The position numbers and the translations under genes are program-made. DNA of 64,000 nucleotides from contig NIVC01000303.1 of assembly GCA_002269645.1 (NCBI GenBank), positions 62,001-126,000 on the forward strand, in the 5' to 3' direction. The notes beneath the pieces are model-generated. The model was not told the DNA's origin. It ran no database searches and was given only the letters and a program-made list of their open reading frames with translations. Of the stretch, positions 27,195-43,594 are shown one piece after another. The stretch's first letter is position 1; every line of letters starts with the position of its first letter. The stretch comes from Macrostomum lignano. Its lineage: Eukaryota.

Positions 27195-27845
27195 GAGAGG
27201 GGGGTGAGAGTGATAGTGAGAGTGAGAGGGAGGTGAGAGTGAGAGTGAGAGGGAGGTGAGAGTGAGAGTGAGAGGGGAGTGAGAGTGAGAGTGAGAGGGG
27301 AGTGAGAGTGAGATGGAGAGTGAAAGTGAGAGGGGAGTATGAGTAAGAGTGAAAGAGTGAGAGTGAGAATGAGAGAACGAGAGTGAGAATGAGAGAACGA
27401 GAGTGAGAACGAGAGAACGAGACTGAGAATGAGAGAACGAGAGTGAGAATGAGAGAACGAGAGTGAGAATGAGAGAACGAGAGTGAGAGTGGGAGTCAGA
27501 GTGAGAGTGAGAGTGAGAGGGGGTGAGAGTCAGAGGGGGGTGACATAGAGAGTGAGAGCGAGAAGGAGAGTGAGAGTGAGAGGGAGAGTGAGAGGGAGAG
27601 TGAGAGCGAGAAGGAGAGTGAGAGCGAGAAGGAGAGTGAGAGTGAGAAGGAGAGTGAGAGCGAGAAGGAGAGCTAGAGTGAGAGGGAGAGTGAGATTGAG
27701 AGTGAAAGTGAGAGTGAGAGTGAGAAGGAGAGTGAGAGGGAGAGTGAGATTGAGAGTGAAAGTGAGAGTGAGAGTGAGAAGGGGAGTGAGAAGGGTAGTG
27801 AGAATGGGGTGAGAGTGAGAGTGACTGTAAGAGATTGAGTGAGAG
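27195..27845 (+). repeat. GA-rich simple repeat (GAGAGT/GAGAAC units)
   Basis: Direct reading. Confidence 0.95.
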
Positions 27846-28174
27846 CTGGAAAAACAGATACTGTGGGGAGAGGCAGAGAACTGCTCATGGGAGATATGAG
27901 TACAGCACTAATTATTTCAACAATAATCGATCATTAATTACGAAGGTATCATGTTTTAATTGAAATCTTGAAATCCGACCCTTTCTGTACTTCTTTTCTC
28001 GACAGCGCAAAGGGATAAAATAGATGAAATGAGTCCAACTGATAGCAAATATTCATTTTTAGGAACTCCAATTGCTTCTCCATCCAAGTTATAAATTTAA
28101 TAAAAAGCACTCAAAAATCGTAGCAGATGCGGCAGCCATCTTTTGGGCTTAGGGCCTTAGAACAGTTGCAAATC

Positions 28175-28475
28175 ATCTTGGACTTGAAGCCATAGACAAT
28201 TGCAAATCATCTTGAACTTGAAGCCATAGAGAGAATTGCAAATCATCTTGAACTTGAAGCCATAGACAGAATTGCAAATCATCTTGGACTTGAAGCCATA
28301 GACAGAATTGCAAATCATCTTGGACTTGAAGCCATAGACAATTGCAAATCATCTTGGACTTGAAGCCATAGACAATTGCAAATCATCTTGGACTTGAAGC
28401 CATAGAAAATTGCAAATCATCTTGGACTTGAAGCCATAGACAATTGCAAATCATCTTGGACTTGAAGCCATAGAC
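28175..28475 (+). repeat. 25-35-bp-class tandem repeat (AATTGCAAATCATCTTGGACTTGAAGCCATAGAC core), ~9 copies
   Basis: Direct reading. Confidence 0.9.
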
Positions 28476-28504
28476 AATCAGAGAAAATTGACAGAAATCG
28501 ACAA

Positions 28505-31500
28505 GGAGCTTTAGCACGAAGGAGCTTTAGCACAAATGGGCTTTAGCACCAAGGGGCTTTAGCATGAAGGAGCTTTAGCACCAAGGGGCTTTAGCACCAA
28601 GGGGCGCCAGCACCAAGGGGCGCCAGCACCAAGGGGCGCCAGCACCAAGGGGCGCCAGCACCAAGGGGCGCCAGCACCAAGGGGCGCCAGCACCAAGGGG
28701 CTTTAGCACCAAGGGGCGCCAGCACCAAGGGGCGCCAGCACCAAGGGGCGCCAGCACCAAGGGGCGCCAGCACCAAGGGGCGCCAGCACCAAGGGGCGCC
28801 AGCACCAAGGGGCGCCAGCACCAAGGGGCGCCAGCACCAAGGGGCGCCAGCACCAAGGGGCGCCAGCACCAAGGGGCGCCAGCACCAAGGGGCGCCAGCA
28901 CCAAGAAGCTTTAGCACCAAGGGGCTTTAGCACCAAGGGGCTTTAGCACCAAGGGGCTTTAGCACCAAGGGGCTTTAGCACCAAGGGGCTTTAGCACCAA
29001 GGGGCTTTAGCACCAAGGGGCTTTAGCACCAAGGGGCTTTAGCACCAAGGGGCTTTAGCACCAAGGGGCTTTAGCACCAAGGGGCTTTAGCACCAAGGGG
29101 CTTTAGCACCAAGGGGCTTTAGCACCAAGGGGTTTTAGCACCAAGGGGCTTTAGCACCAAGGGGCTTTAGCACCAAGGGGCTTTAGCACCAAGGGGCTTT
29201 AGCACCAAGGGGCTTTAGCACCAAGGGGCTTTAGCACCAAGGGGCTTTAGCACCAAGGGGCTTTAGCACCAAGGGGCTTTAGCACCAAGGGGCTTTAGCA
29301 CCAAGGGGCTTTAGCACCAAGGGGCTTTAGCACCAAGGGGCGCCAGCACCAAGGGGCGCCAGCACCAAGGGGCGCCAGCACCAAGGGGCGCCAGCACCAA
29401 GGGGCGCCAGCACCAAGGGGCGCCAGCACCAAGGGGCGCCAGCACCAAGGGGCGCCAGCACCAAGGGGCGCCAGCACCAAGGGGCGCCAGCACCAAGGGG
29501 CGCCAGCACCAAGGGGCGCCAGCACCAAGGGGCGCCAGCACCAAGGGGCTTTAGCACCAAGGGGCGCCAGCACCAAGGGGCGCCAGCACCAAGGGGCAGC
29601 ACCAAGGGGCGCCAGCACCAAGGGGCGCCAGCACCAAGGGGCGCCAGCACCAAGGGGCGCCAGCACCAAGGGGCGCCAGCACCAAGGGGCGCCAGCACCA
29701 AGGGGCGCCAGCACCAAGGGGCGCCAGCACCAAGGGGCGCCAGCACCAAGGGGCGCCAGCACCAAGGGGCGCCAGCACCAAGGGGCGCCAGCACCAAGGG
29801 GCGCCAGCACCAAGGGGCGCCAGCACCAAGGGGCGCCAGCACCAAGGGGCGCCAGCACCAAGGGGCGCCAGCACCAAGGGGCGCCAGCACCAAGGGGCTT
29901 TAGCACCAAGGGGCTTTAGCACCAAGGGGCGCCAGCACCAAGGGGCGCCAGCACCAAGGGGCGCCAGCACCAAGGGGCGCCAGCACCAAGGGGCGCCAGC
30001 ACCAAGGGGCGCCAGCACCAAGGGGCGCCAGCACCAAGGGCGCCAGCACCAAGGGGCGCCAGCACCAAGGGGCGCCAGCACCAAGGGGCGCCAGCACCAA
30101 GGGGCGCCAGCACCAAGGGGCGCCAGCACCAAGGGGCTTTAGCACCAAGGGGCTTTAGCACCAAGGGGCGCCAGCACCAAGGGGCGCCAGCACCAAGGGG
30201 CGCCAGCACCAAGGGGCGCCAGCACCAAGGGGCGCCAGCACCAAGGGGCGCCAGCACCAAGGGGCGCCAGCACCAAGGGGCGCCAGCACCAAGGGGCGCC
30301 AGCACCAAGGGGCGCCAGCACCAAGGGGCGCCAGCACCAAGGGGCGCCAGCACCAAGGGGCGCCAGCACCAAGGGGCGCCAGCACCAAGGGGCGCCAGCA
30401 CCAAGGGGCGCCAGCACCAAGGGGCGCCAGCACCAAGGGGCGCCAGCACCAAGGGGCGCCAGCACCAAGGGGCTTTAGCACCAAGGGGCGCCAGCACCAA
30501 GGGGCGCCAGCACCAAGGGGCTTTAGCACCAAGGGGCGCCAGCACCAAGGGGCGCCAGCACCAAGGGGCGCCAGCACCAAGGGGCGCCAGCACCAAGGGG
30601 CGCCAGCACCAAGGGGCGCCAGCACCAAGGGGCGCCAGCACCAAGGGGCGCCAGCACCAAGGGGCGCCAGCACCAAGGGGCTTTAGCACCAAGGGGCGCC
30701 AGCACCAAGGGGCGCCAGCACCAAGGGGCGCCAGCACCAAGGGGCGCCAGCACCAAGGGGCGCCAGCACCAAGGGGCGCCAGCACCAAGGGGCGCCAGCA
30801 CCAAGGGGCGCCAGCACCAAGGGGCGCCAGCACCAAGGGGCTTTAGCACCAAGGGGCTTTAGCACCAAGGGGCGCCAGCACCAAGGGGCGCCAGCACCAA
30901 GGGGCGCCAGCACCAAGGGGCGCCAGCACCAAGGGGCGCCAGCACCAAGGGGCGCCAGCACCAAGGGGCGCCAGCACCAAGGGGCTTTAGCACCAAGGGG
31001 CGCCAGCACCAAGGGGCTTTAGCACCAAGGGGCGCCAGCACCAAGGGGCGCCAGCACCAAGGGGCGCCAGCACCAAGGGGCGCCAGCACCAAGGGGCGCC
31101 AGCACCAAGGGGCTTTAGCACCAAAGGGCGCCAGCACCAAGGGGCGCCAGCACCAAGGGGCGCCAGCACCAAGGGGCGCCAGCACCAAGGGGCGCCAGCA
31201 CCAAGGGGCTTTAGCACCAAGGGGCGCCAGCACCAAGGGGCGCCAGCACCAAGGGGCGCCAGCACCAAGGGGCGCCAGCACCAAGGGGCGCCAGCACCAA
31301 GGGGCGCCAGCACCAAGGGGCGCCAGCACCAAGGGGCGCCAGCACCAAGGGGCGCCAGCACCAAGGGGCGCCAGCACCAAGGGGCGCCAGCACCAAGGGG
31401 CGCCAGCACCAAGGGGCGCCAGCACCAAGGGGCGCCAGCACCAAGGGGCGCCAGCACCAAGGGGCGCCAGCACCAAGGGGCGCCAGCACCAAGGGGCGCC

Positions 31501-34360
31501 AGCACCAAGGGGCGCCAGCACCAAGGGGCGCCAGCACCAAGGGGCGCCAGCACCAAGGGGCGCCAGCACCAAGGGGCGCCAGCACCAAGGGGCGCCAGCA
31601 CCAAGGGGCGCCAGCACCAAGGGGCGCCAGCACCAAGGGGCTTTAGCACCAAGGGGCGCCAGCACCAAGGGGCGCCAGCACCAAGGGGCGCCAGCACCAA
31701 GGGGCGCCAGCACCAAGGGGCGCCAGCACCAAGGGGCCAGCACCAAGGGGCTTTAGCACCAAGGGGCGCCAGCACCAAGGGGCGCCAGCACCAAGGGGCG
31801 CCAGCACCAAGGGGCGCCAGCACCAAGGGGCGCCAGCACCAAGGGGCGCCAGCACCAAGGGGCGCCAGCACCAAGGGGCGCCAGCACCAAGGGGCGCCAG
31901 CACCAAGGGGCGCCAGCACCAAGGGGCGCCAGCACCAAGGGGCGCCAGCACCAAGGGGCGCCAGCACCAAGGGGCGCCAGCACCAAGGGGCGCCAGCACC
32001 AAGGGGCGCCAGCACCAAGGGGCGCCAGCACCAAGGGGCGCCAGCACCAAGAAGCTTTAGCACCAAGGGGCTTTAGCACCAAGGGGCTTTAGCACCAAGG
32101 GGCTTTAGCACCAAGGGGCTTTAGCACCAAGGGGCTTTAGCACCAAGGGGCTTTAGCACCAAGGGGCTTTAGCACCAAGGGGCTTTAGCACCAAGGGGCT
32201 TTAGCACCAAGGGGCTTTAGCACCAAGGGGCTTTAGCACCAAGGGGCTTTAGCACCAAGGGGCTTTAGCACCAAGGGGCTTTAGCACCAAGGGGCTTTAG
32301 CACCAAGGGGCTTTAGCACCAAGGGGCTTTAGCACCAAGGGGCTTTAGCACCAAGGGGCTTTAGCACCAAGGGGCTTTAGCACCAAGGGGCTTTAGCACC
32401 AAGGGGCTTTAGCACCAAGGGGCTTTAGCACCAAGGGCGCCAGCACCAAGGGGCGCCAGCACCAAGGGGCGCCAGCACCAAGGGGCGCCAGCACCAAGGG
32501 GCGCCAGCACCAAGGGGCGCCAGCACCAAGGGGCGCCAGCACCAAGGGGCTTTAGCACCAAGGGGCTTTAGCACCAAGGGGCGCCAGCACCAAGGGGCGC
32601 CAGCACCAAGGGGCGCCAGCACCAAGGGGCGCCAGCACCAAGGGGCGCCAGCACCAAGGGGCGCCAGCACCAAGGGGCGCCAGCACCAAGGGGCGCCAGC
32701 ACCAAGGGGCGCCAGCACCAAGGGGCGCCAGCACCAAGGGGCTTTAGCACCAAGGGGCGCCAGCACCAAGGGGCGCCAGCACCAAGGGGCGCCAGCACCA
32801 AGGGGCGCCAGCACCAAGGGGCGCCAGCACCAAGGGGCGCCAGCACCAAGGGGCGCCAGCACCAAGGGGCGCCAGCACCAAGGGGCGCCAGCACCAAGGG
32901 GCGCCAGCACCAAGGGGCGCCAGCACCAAGGGGCGCCAGCACCAAGGGGCGCCAGCACCAAGGGGCGCCAGCACCAAGGGGCGCCAGCACCAAGGGGCGC
33001 CAGCACCAAGGGGCGCCAGCACCAAGGGGCGCCAGCACCAAGGGGCGCCAGCACCAAGGGGCTTTAGCACCAAGGGGCTTTAGCACCAAGGGGCGCCAGC
33101 ACCAAGGGGCGCCAGCACCAAGGGGCGCCAGCACCAAGGGGCGCCAGCACCAAGGGGCGCCAGCACCAAGGGGCGCCAGCACCAAGGGGCTTTAGCACCA
33201 AGGGGCGCCAGCACCAAGGGGCGCCAGCACCAAGGGGCGCCAGCACCAAGGGGCGCCAGCACCAAGGGGCGCCAGCACCAAGGGGCGCCAGCACCAAGGG
33301 GCGCCAGCACCAAGGGGCTTTAGCACCAAGGGGCGCCAGCACCAAGGGGCGCCAGCACCAAGGGGCGCCAGCACCAAGGGGCGCCAGCACCAAGGGGCGC
33401 CAGCACCAAGGGGCGCCAGCACCAAGGGGCGCCAGCACCAAGGGGCGCCAGCACCAAGGGGCGCCAGCACCAAGGGGCGCCAGCACCAAGGGGCGCCAGC
33501 ACCAAGGGGCGCCAGCACCAAGGGGCGCCAGCACCAAGGGGCGCCAGCACCAAGGGGCGCCAGCACCAAGGGGCGCCAGCACCAAGGGGCGCCAGCACCA
33601 AGGGGCGCCAGCACCAAGGGGCGCCAGCACCAAGGGGCGCCAGCACCAAGGGGCGCCAGCACCAAGGGGCGCCAGCACCAAGGGGCGCCAGCACCAAGGG
33701 GCGCCAGCACCAAGGGGCAGCACCAAGGGGCGCCAGCACCAAGGGGCGCCAGCACCAAGGGGCAGCACCAAGGGGCGCCAGCACCAAGGGGCGCCAGCAC
33801 CAAGGGGCGCCAGCACCAAGGGGCGCCAGCACCAAGGGGCAGCACCAAGGGGCGCCAGCACCAAGGGGCGCCAGCACCAAGGGGCGCCAGCACCAAGGGG
33901 CGCCAGCACCAAGGGGCTTTAGCACCAAGGGGCTTTAGCACCAAGGGGCGCCAGCACCAAGGGGCGCCAGCACCAAGGGGCGCCAGCACCAAGGGGCGCC
34001 AGCACCAAGGGGCGCCAGCACCAAGGGGCGCCAGCACCAAGGGGCTTTAGCACCAAGGGGCGCCAGCACCAAGGGGCGCCAGCACCAAGGGGCGCCAGCA
34101 CCAAGGGGCGCCAGCACCAAGGGGCGCCAGCACCAAGGGGCGCCAGCACCAAGGGGCGCCAGCACCAAGGGGCTTTAGCACCAAGGGGCGCCAGCACCAA
34201 GGGGCGCCAGCACCAAGGGGCGCCAGCACCAAGGGGCGCCAGCACCAAGGGGCGCCAGCACCAAGGGGCTTTAGCACCAAGGGGCTTTAGCACCAAGGGG
34301 CGCCAGCACCAAGGGGCGCCAGCACCAAGGGGCGCCAGCACCAAGGGGCGCCAGCACCAA
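28505..34360 (-). repeat. 16-bp satellite (AGCACCAAGGGGCGCC / AGCACCAAGGGGCTTT)n, ~365 units
   Basis: Reverse complement of the 11098 array, with two interspersed unit variants. Confidence 0.98.
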
Positions 34361-34904
34361 GCTGCCTCGCACTAACTAAGCTGTATAGGGAGATAAGACA
34401 AGAGGGAGAGAGAAGGAAGCGGAACAGGTCCGAGAGTCGCAGATCGTCCCACATCCGCAGATGTGTCCTGGATCGTTCCTATGATAGAAGCAAAAGCTTC
34501 AGCCCCAAGGAATTGAGGGGGGGGGTAGCCGGAAACGAGAAGGTAAAACTGGAATACAGTTGGAAGAGGTTAGCAAATATAGTCCAAAGGTTGTACTCGT
34601 AAAAGGAAAATGCGAAAAGCAGAAAGGAATATGCAATGTTCAGATTGGGACCTTCACCGTACACGTTTGGGGTGGGTTGGGGGCTATAAATAGCCACAGC
34701 CGCATCCCAAGAGGATGTGCGCAGAAGGTTCGCTGGCACCCCTAGGTAGAAGCGTTGAATTGCATTGAAAAAATCGAAATTTCATCCTCAAAGGTAAGAT
34801 TGATTAATTCGTTTCATAATGCCATGGCAGCTGGTATCTTTCTATCAAAGTCAAAATCCTTTTGGATTGGGCTAAGTTATTTAGAGTCCGAATATTTCAT
34901 AATC

Positions 34905-35280
34905 TGTTCAGATCCCATTCACAGGTGAGTCTATTCAAATCCCATTCACATGTGAATCTATTCAAATCCCATTCACATGTGAGTCTATTCAGATCCCATT
35001 CACATGTGAGTCTATTCAGATCCCATTCACATGTGAGTCTATTCAGACCCCATCACATTTGAATCTATTCAGATCCCATTCATTTGTGAATCTATTCAGA
35101 TCCCATTTACATGTGAATCTATTCAGATCCCATTCACATGTGAATCTATTCAGATCCCATTCACATGTGAATCTATTCTGATCCCATTCACATGTGAGTC
35201 TATTCAGATCCCATTCACATGTGAATCTATTCAGCTCCTATTCACACGTGAATCCATTAAAATCCCATTCATCTTTGAAT
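34905..35280 (+). repeat. 27-bp tandem repeat (GTGAATCTATTCAGATCCCATTCACAT)
   Basis: Direct reading. Confidence 0.9.
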
Positions 35281-36096
35281 TAAATTCAAACTCTCACAGT
35301 ACGATAGCTAGGAGTGATGGAGATTGACAGGTGAATTTTGACAGTGGCTCAAAAATGCTGAGTATAAGCTAACGGAGGCAGGGCAGGGCATCTGCCTTTA
35401 TTGTTGGTCTCTCTATACCACCAGTCTCAGCCCCCACCCCCTCCCCCGGTGTTGTACCTGAACGTCTCTACATTTCTCTACTATTGAATTGAAACAGCTC
35501 TCTAACACAGAAATGCGTATAGAATTTAGCTGGCATTATAACAACAGAGAATGCTTGGAGAGGAAAGGAAGCGAGGTGGGGGCTGAGGGGTGGAGATGGC
35601 CTGCCAGAGTGCAAAGAGAGCTCACAGAAATAGTGGAAAGTCGTGTGCCTTACTGGCTCAGTTGGTGGTTGGTAAGGCCTTGGCCGCTTGAGTAGGCCAG
35701 GGAATTGACGAAGAGAGAAAAAAGGTAAAGACGCCCCACCCCCAGAACCAACCCCAACAGCTCTCGCCCGATCCAGTCTCGGGGGGCCACCTTCGGCTCA
35801 TTCTCCGAGGGGAGGTGGGTAAGAGGGAAGGAAAGAAAGCGCTGAGCCTGTATACGAGAGAGCACTTTCGGGCCTGGCGAGGTCACGGGGACCAATCAGG
35901 GTTTAATATAGAGACCGAAGGAGGGTGTTGGTTGGTGTTTCTAGTTTGAGCAGAGGGTAGTACTCTTATTTTTACTTTCTATTATAGCGTCTTACCCGAC
36001 TCAGAAAATAGGTTCTTTCTCTATGTCTCTTGCGCAGACGGAATTGTCAGCGGAATAGAACGAAGACAGTGGATTAATGCTGTCGATTGCACTGCT

Positions 36097-41024
<4,928 letters not shown>

Positions 41025-42045
41025 TTCTGCGGTCATCATCATTCTCAATGTTTTAATAGCTATTCGCTGATAATAATCCAAGTAATATCTCGGTTTAGTA
41101 TAGGCAGCTTAGCTCAGTTTAGCTTCGACGGTGACAATGGCAAAGGTACGCGAAGGGCACCGAGTCGAAAAAATCTAATATATCAAGCACACTATAGATG
41201 AATTCGGAGAGACACAAAGAAAGGGGTTGTTGAGCTAGGCGATAAAGGGGTAGAAATTCAGAGGGGTAGAACATTCACTGTGGCTGGATTGAGGAGTGAT
41301 CGATAAACGATAAATGAATGTACACTTATCGTGTCTGGCCTAAGGAGCGATCGATAATATAATGAATGTACATTAAGCGTGTCTGGCCTGAGGAGCGATC
41401 GATAATATAATGAATGAATATGTACAGCATTATCAATCCATATATAGTTATTCTCAAATTTAATGCCTATATATACGTTATCTTCCTGTCTCAGATATGT
41501 ACGCTCATACACAGCTACTTGAATTATCAAGCATAATTTGAATATTTTGAAGCGTTACTATTTTGTGGCTTTGGGAAAATGTAGCCATTGCTTATAAAGA
41601 GGTCATCGAATTTACGAGCGTATATACACTTTGGTTACCATCTCAAAACGAACTTTCATTTTTTTATTCTAATGGGCTAAGTTAACCGCTAAAGCCATTC
41701 TTAACTTGTAATTTTATGTAGGAAAAAGTAGCAACAAGATTAGAACTGAGTCTTCCTGAAATATTTTCATTGACTTTGCCGTGTCTTCTAGTTGCAGTCT
41801 GCTGTAAGATCGAAATGTTTATCACATCAGTGATTTTTTCACTTCGATATCACCTGATTTTGTCATTTCCTATTGCTGTAAAACGTGCATGTAGCTCTTT
41901 GATTTTTGTTTGTTTGTGTTTCCTACTGTGTAATTTTTAACAAATATAACAATATAACAAATTAGTTGTTCAACTGTTTTTTTCTGCTTGCGCCACTGAA
42001 ACGACAATTTAAGGATGATCGAGTATTTTGTTCCACCGCGGTTCT

Positions 42046-43119
42046 AGTATTCCTTTTTGCGGCCTAGTTGGTACTGCAAGCTCTCAATTTAATCATAGAT
42101 ACGGAAGTCAAGCTTGCGAGACTGAAAATTTTCTGTCTATGGTCGACACTCGCTGGCATAGCGGAGTTCAATTTAATCCTGGGGCATCAATTTCCTGCTT
42201 GCTGTCTGAGGGATGCTTGCTGTCTGGGGGATGCTTGCTGTCTGGGGGATGCTTGCTGTCTGGGGGATGCTTGCTGTCTGGGGGATGCTTGCCGTCTGGG
42301 GGATGCTTGCCGTCTGGGGGATGCTTGCTGTCTGGGGGATGCTTGCCGTCTGGGGGATGCTTGCTGTCTGGGGGATGCTTGCTGTCTGGGGGATGCTTGC
42401 TGTCTGGGGGATGCTTGCTGTCTGGGGGATTGCTTGCTGTATGAGGAATGGTTGCTGTCTGGGGGATTGCTTGCTACATTACATCATTATCAAAATTATT
42501 ACATTCTTTATTTGCTCCCCAACGGGGGGCGTAGATTGCTAGTTTTTACTGTTATCGAAACTTGTTTTTAACTGGCTTGTTTTTTTAATGAATAATCCGG
42601 ACGAGCTACATGAAGATGATGACAGTGAGTGGAGTCTAGAAACTGCAAATAACGACATCGGCCAGGCAAATGACAACATCGGCCAGCCAGCTCAAGTACA
42701 TCGCGGTCAGTACAACAAGATTAACGATGAGAAGTACGATCTGATTCGAAGGCGGTACGAACTCACTGGTCGCCGGAACCGACTAAGTCGAGGAGGTGCT
42801 CTTCAAGTGAAACTTACTGTTGCTCATGTAGTCATGTGCAACACCTACTGGTGTTCTAGAATGGATCGAAGCTTCATGTAGCTCGTCCGGATTACTCATT
42901 AAAAAACAAGCCAGTTAAAAACAAGTTTCGATAACAGTAAAAATGTGCATTGAATGCATAGAATGATCAAATTGATGCCCACAGGATTAAATTGAACTCC
43001 TCCACTATGCCAGCGAGTGTCGACCATAGACAGAAAATTTTCAGTCTCGCAGCTTGACTTCCGTATCTATGGTTAAATTGAGAGCTTGCAGTACCAACTA
43101 GGCCACAAAAAGGAATACT
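42046..43119. mobile_element. Foldback/MITE with ~150-bp TIRs containing an 18-bp minisatellite
   Basis: 42046-42193 is the reverse complement of 42969-43119; (GATGCTTGCTGTCTGGGG)n lies at ~42200-42470; no clean TSD. Confidence 0.75.
42543..42943 (+). mobile_element. Internally deleted IS630/Tc1-like element nested in the foldback
   Basis: ~72-bp TIRs (42543-42615 / 42872-42943). The internal ORF has RGQYNKINDEKYDLIRRRYE and TGRRNRLSRGG...KLT, resembling Tc1/IS630 N-terminal HTH/linker segments. Confidence 0.55.
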
Positions 43120-43594
43120 TACACAGTTGGTAAGAACCTCTGTTTTACAAACGGAAAAATAATGTCAATTTGAATAAGCTATTATAAATTCCTACAATAC
43201 AATTATGAATCACAGGGAAATTGGTTTTTAACAACAAAAGATCAACAAATTTGTCAAACTCGTTAATTTTTTAATCTCAAATCGAATATAAATTATAATA
43301 AATTTATAGTAAATTAAAAAGTTATAAATAGTGAAATAATATATCGTCAGGGGGGCAGTTAGACATTTCGCAAAAAACGTAGTTTCAAACTTTGTTGTAT
43401 TCATTTTTGACAACGTACGCTGTCTCTGGTGTGATTTATTGAACAGATTTTTTAAATCTTTATTCACATAAAAATAGTTTCTTTTTTAGAAACCTTCAAA
43501 GCAAAAAGGTTTTGTTTTTTATAATTAAAAATGAACTGATTTTTGTTCAGAAGCAGTTTTAATTGCTGTCATTTTGTTTGTTTATTCTTAAGCT

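Noticed and set aside
34365-35990. GC-richer segments with a TATA-like GGCTATAAATAG, possibly solo LTRs
   Set aside because: No TG...CA pair with TSD, PBS or partner repeat identified; hammerhead CTGANGA/GAAA cores were not found either.
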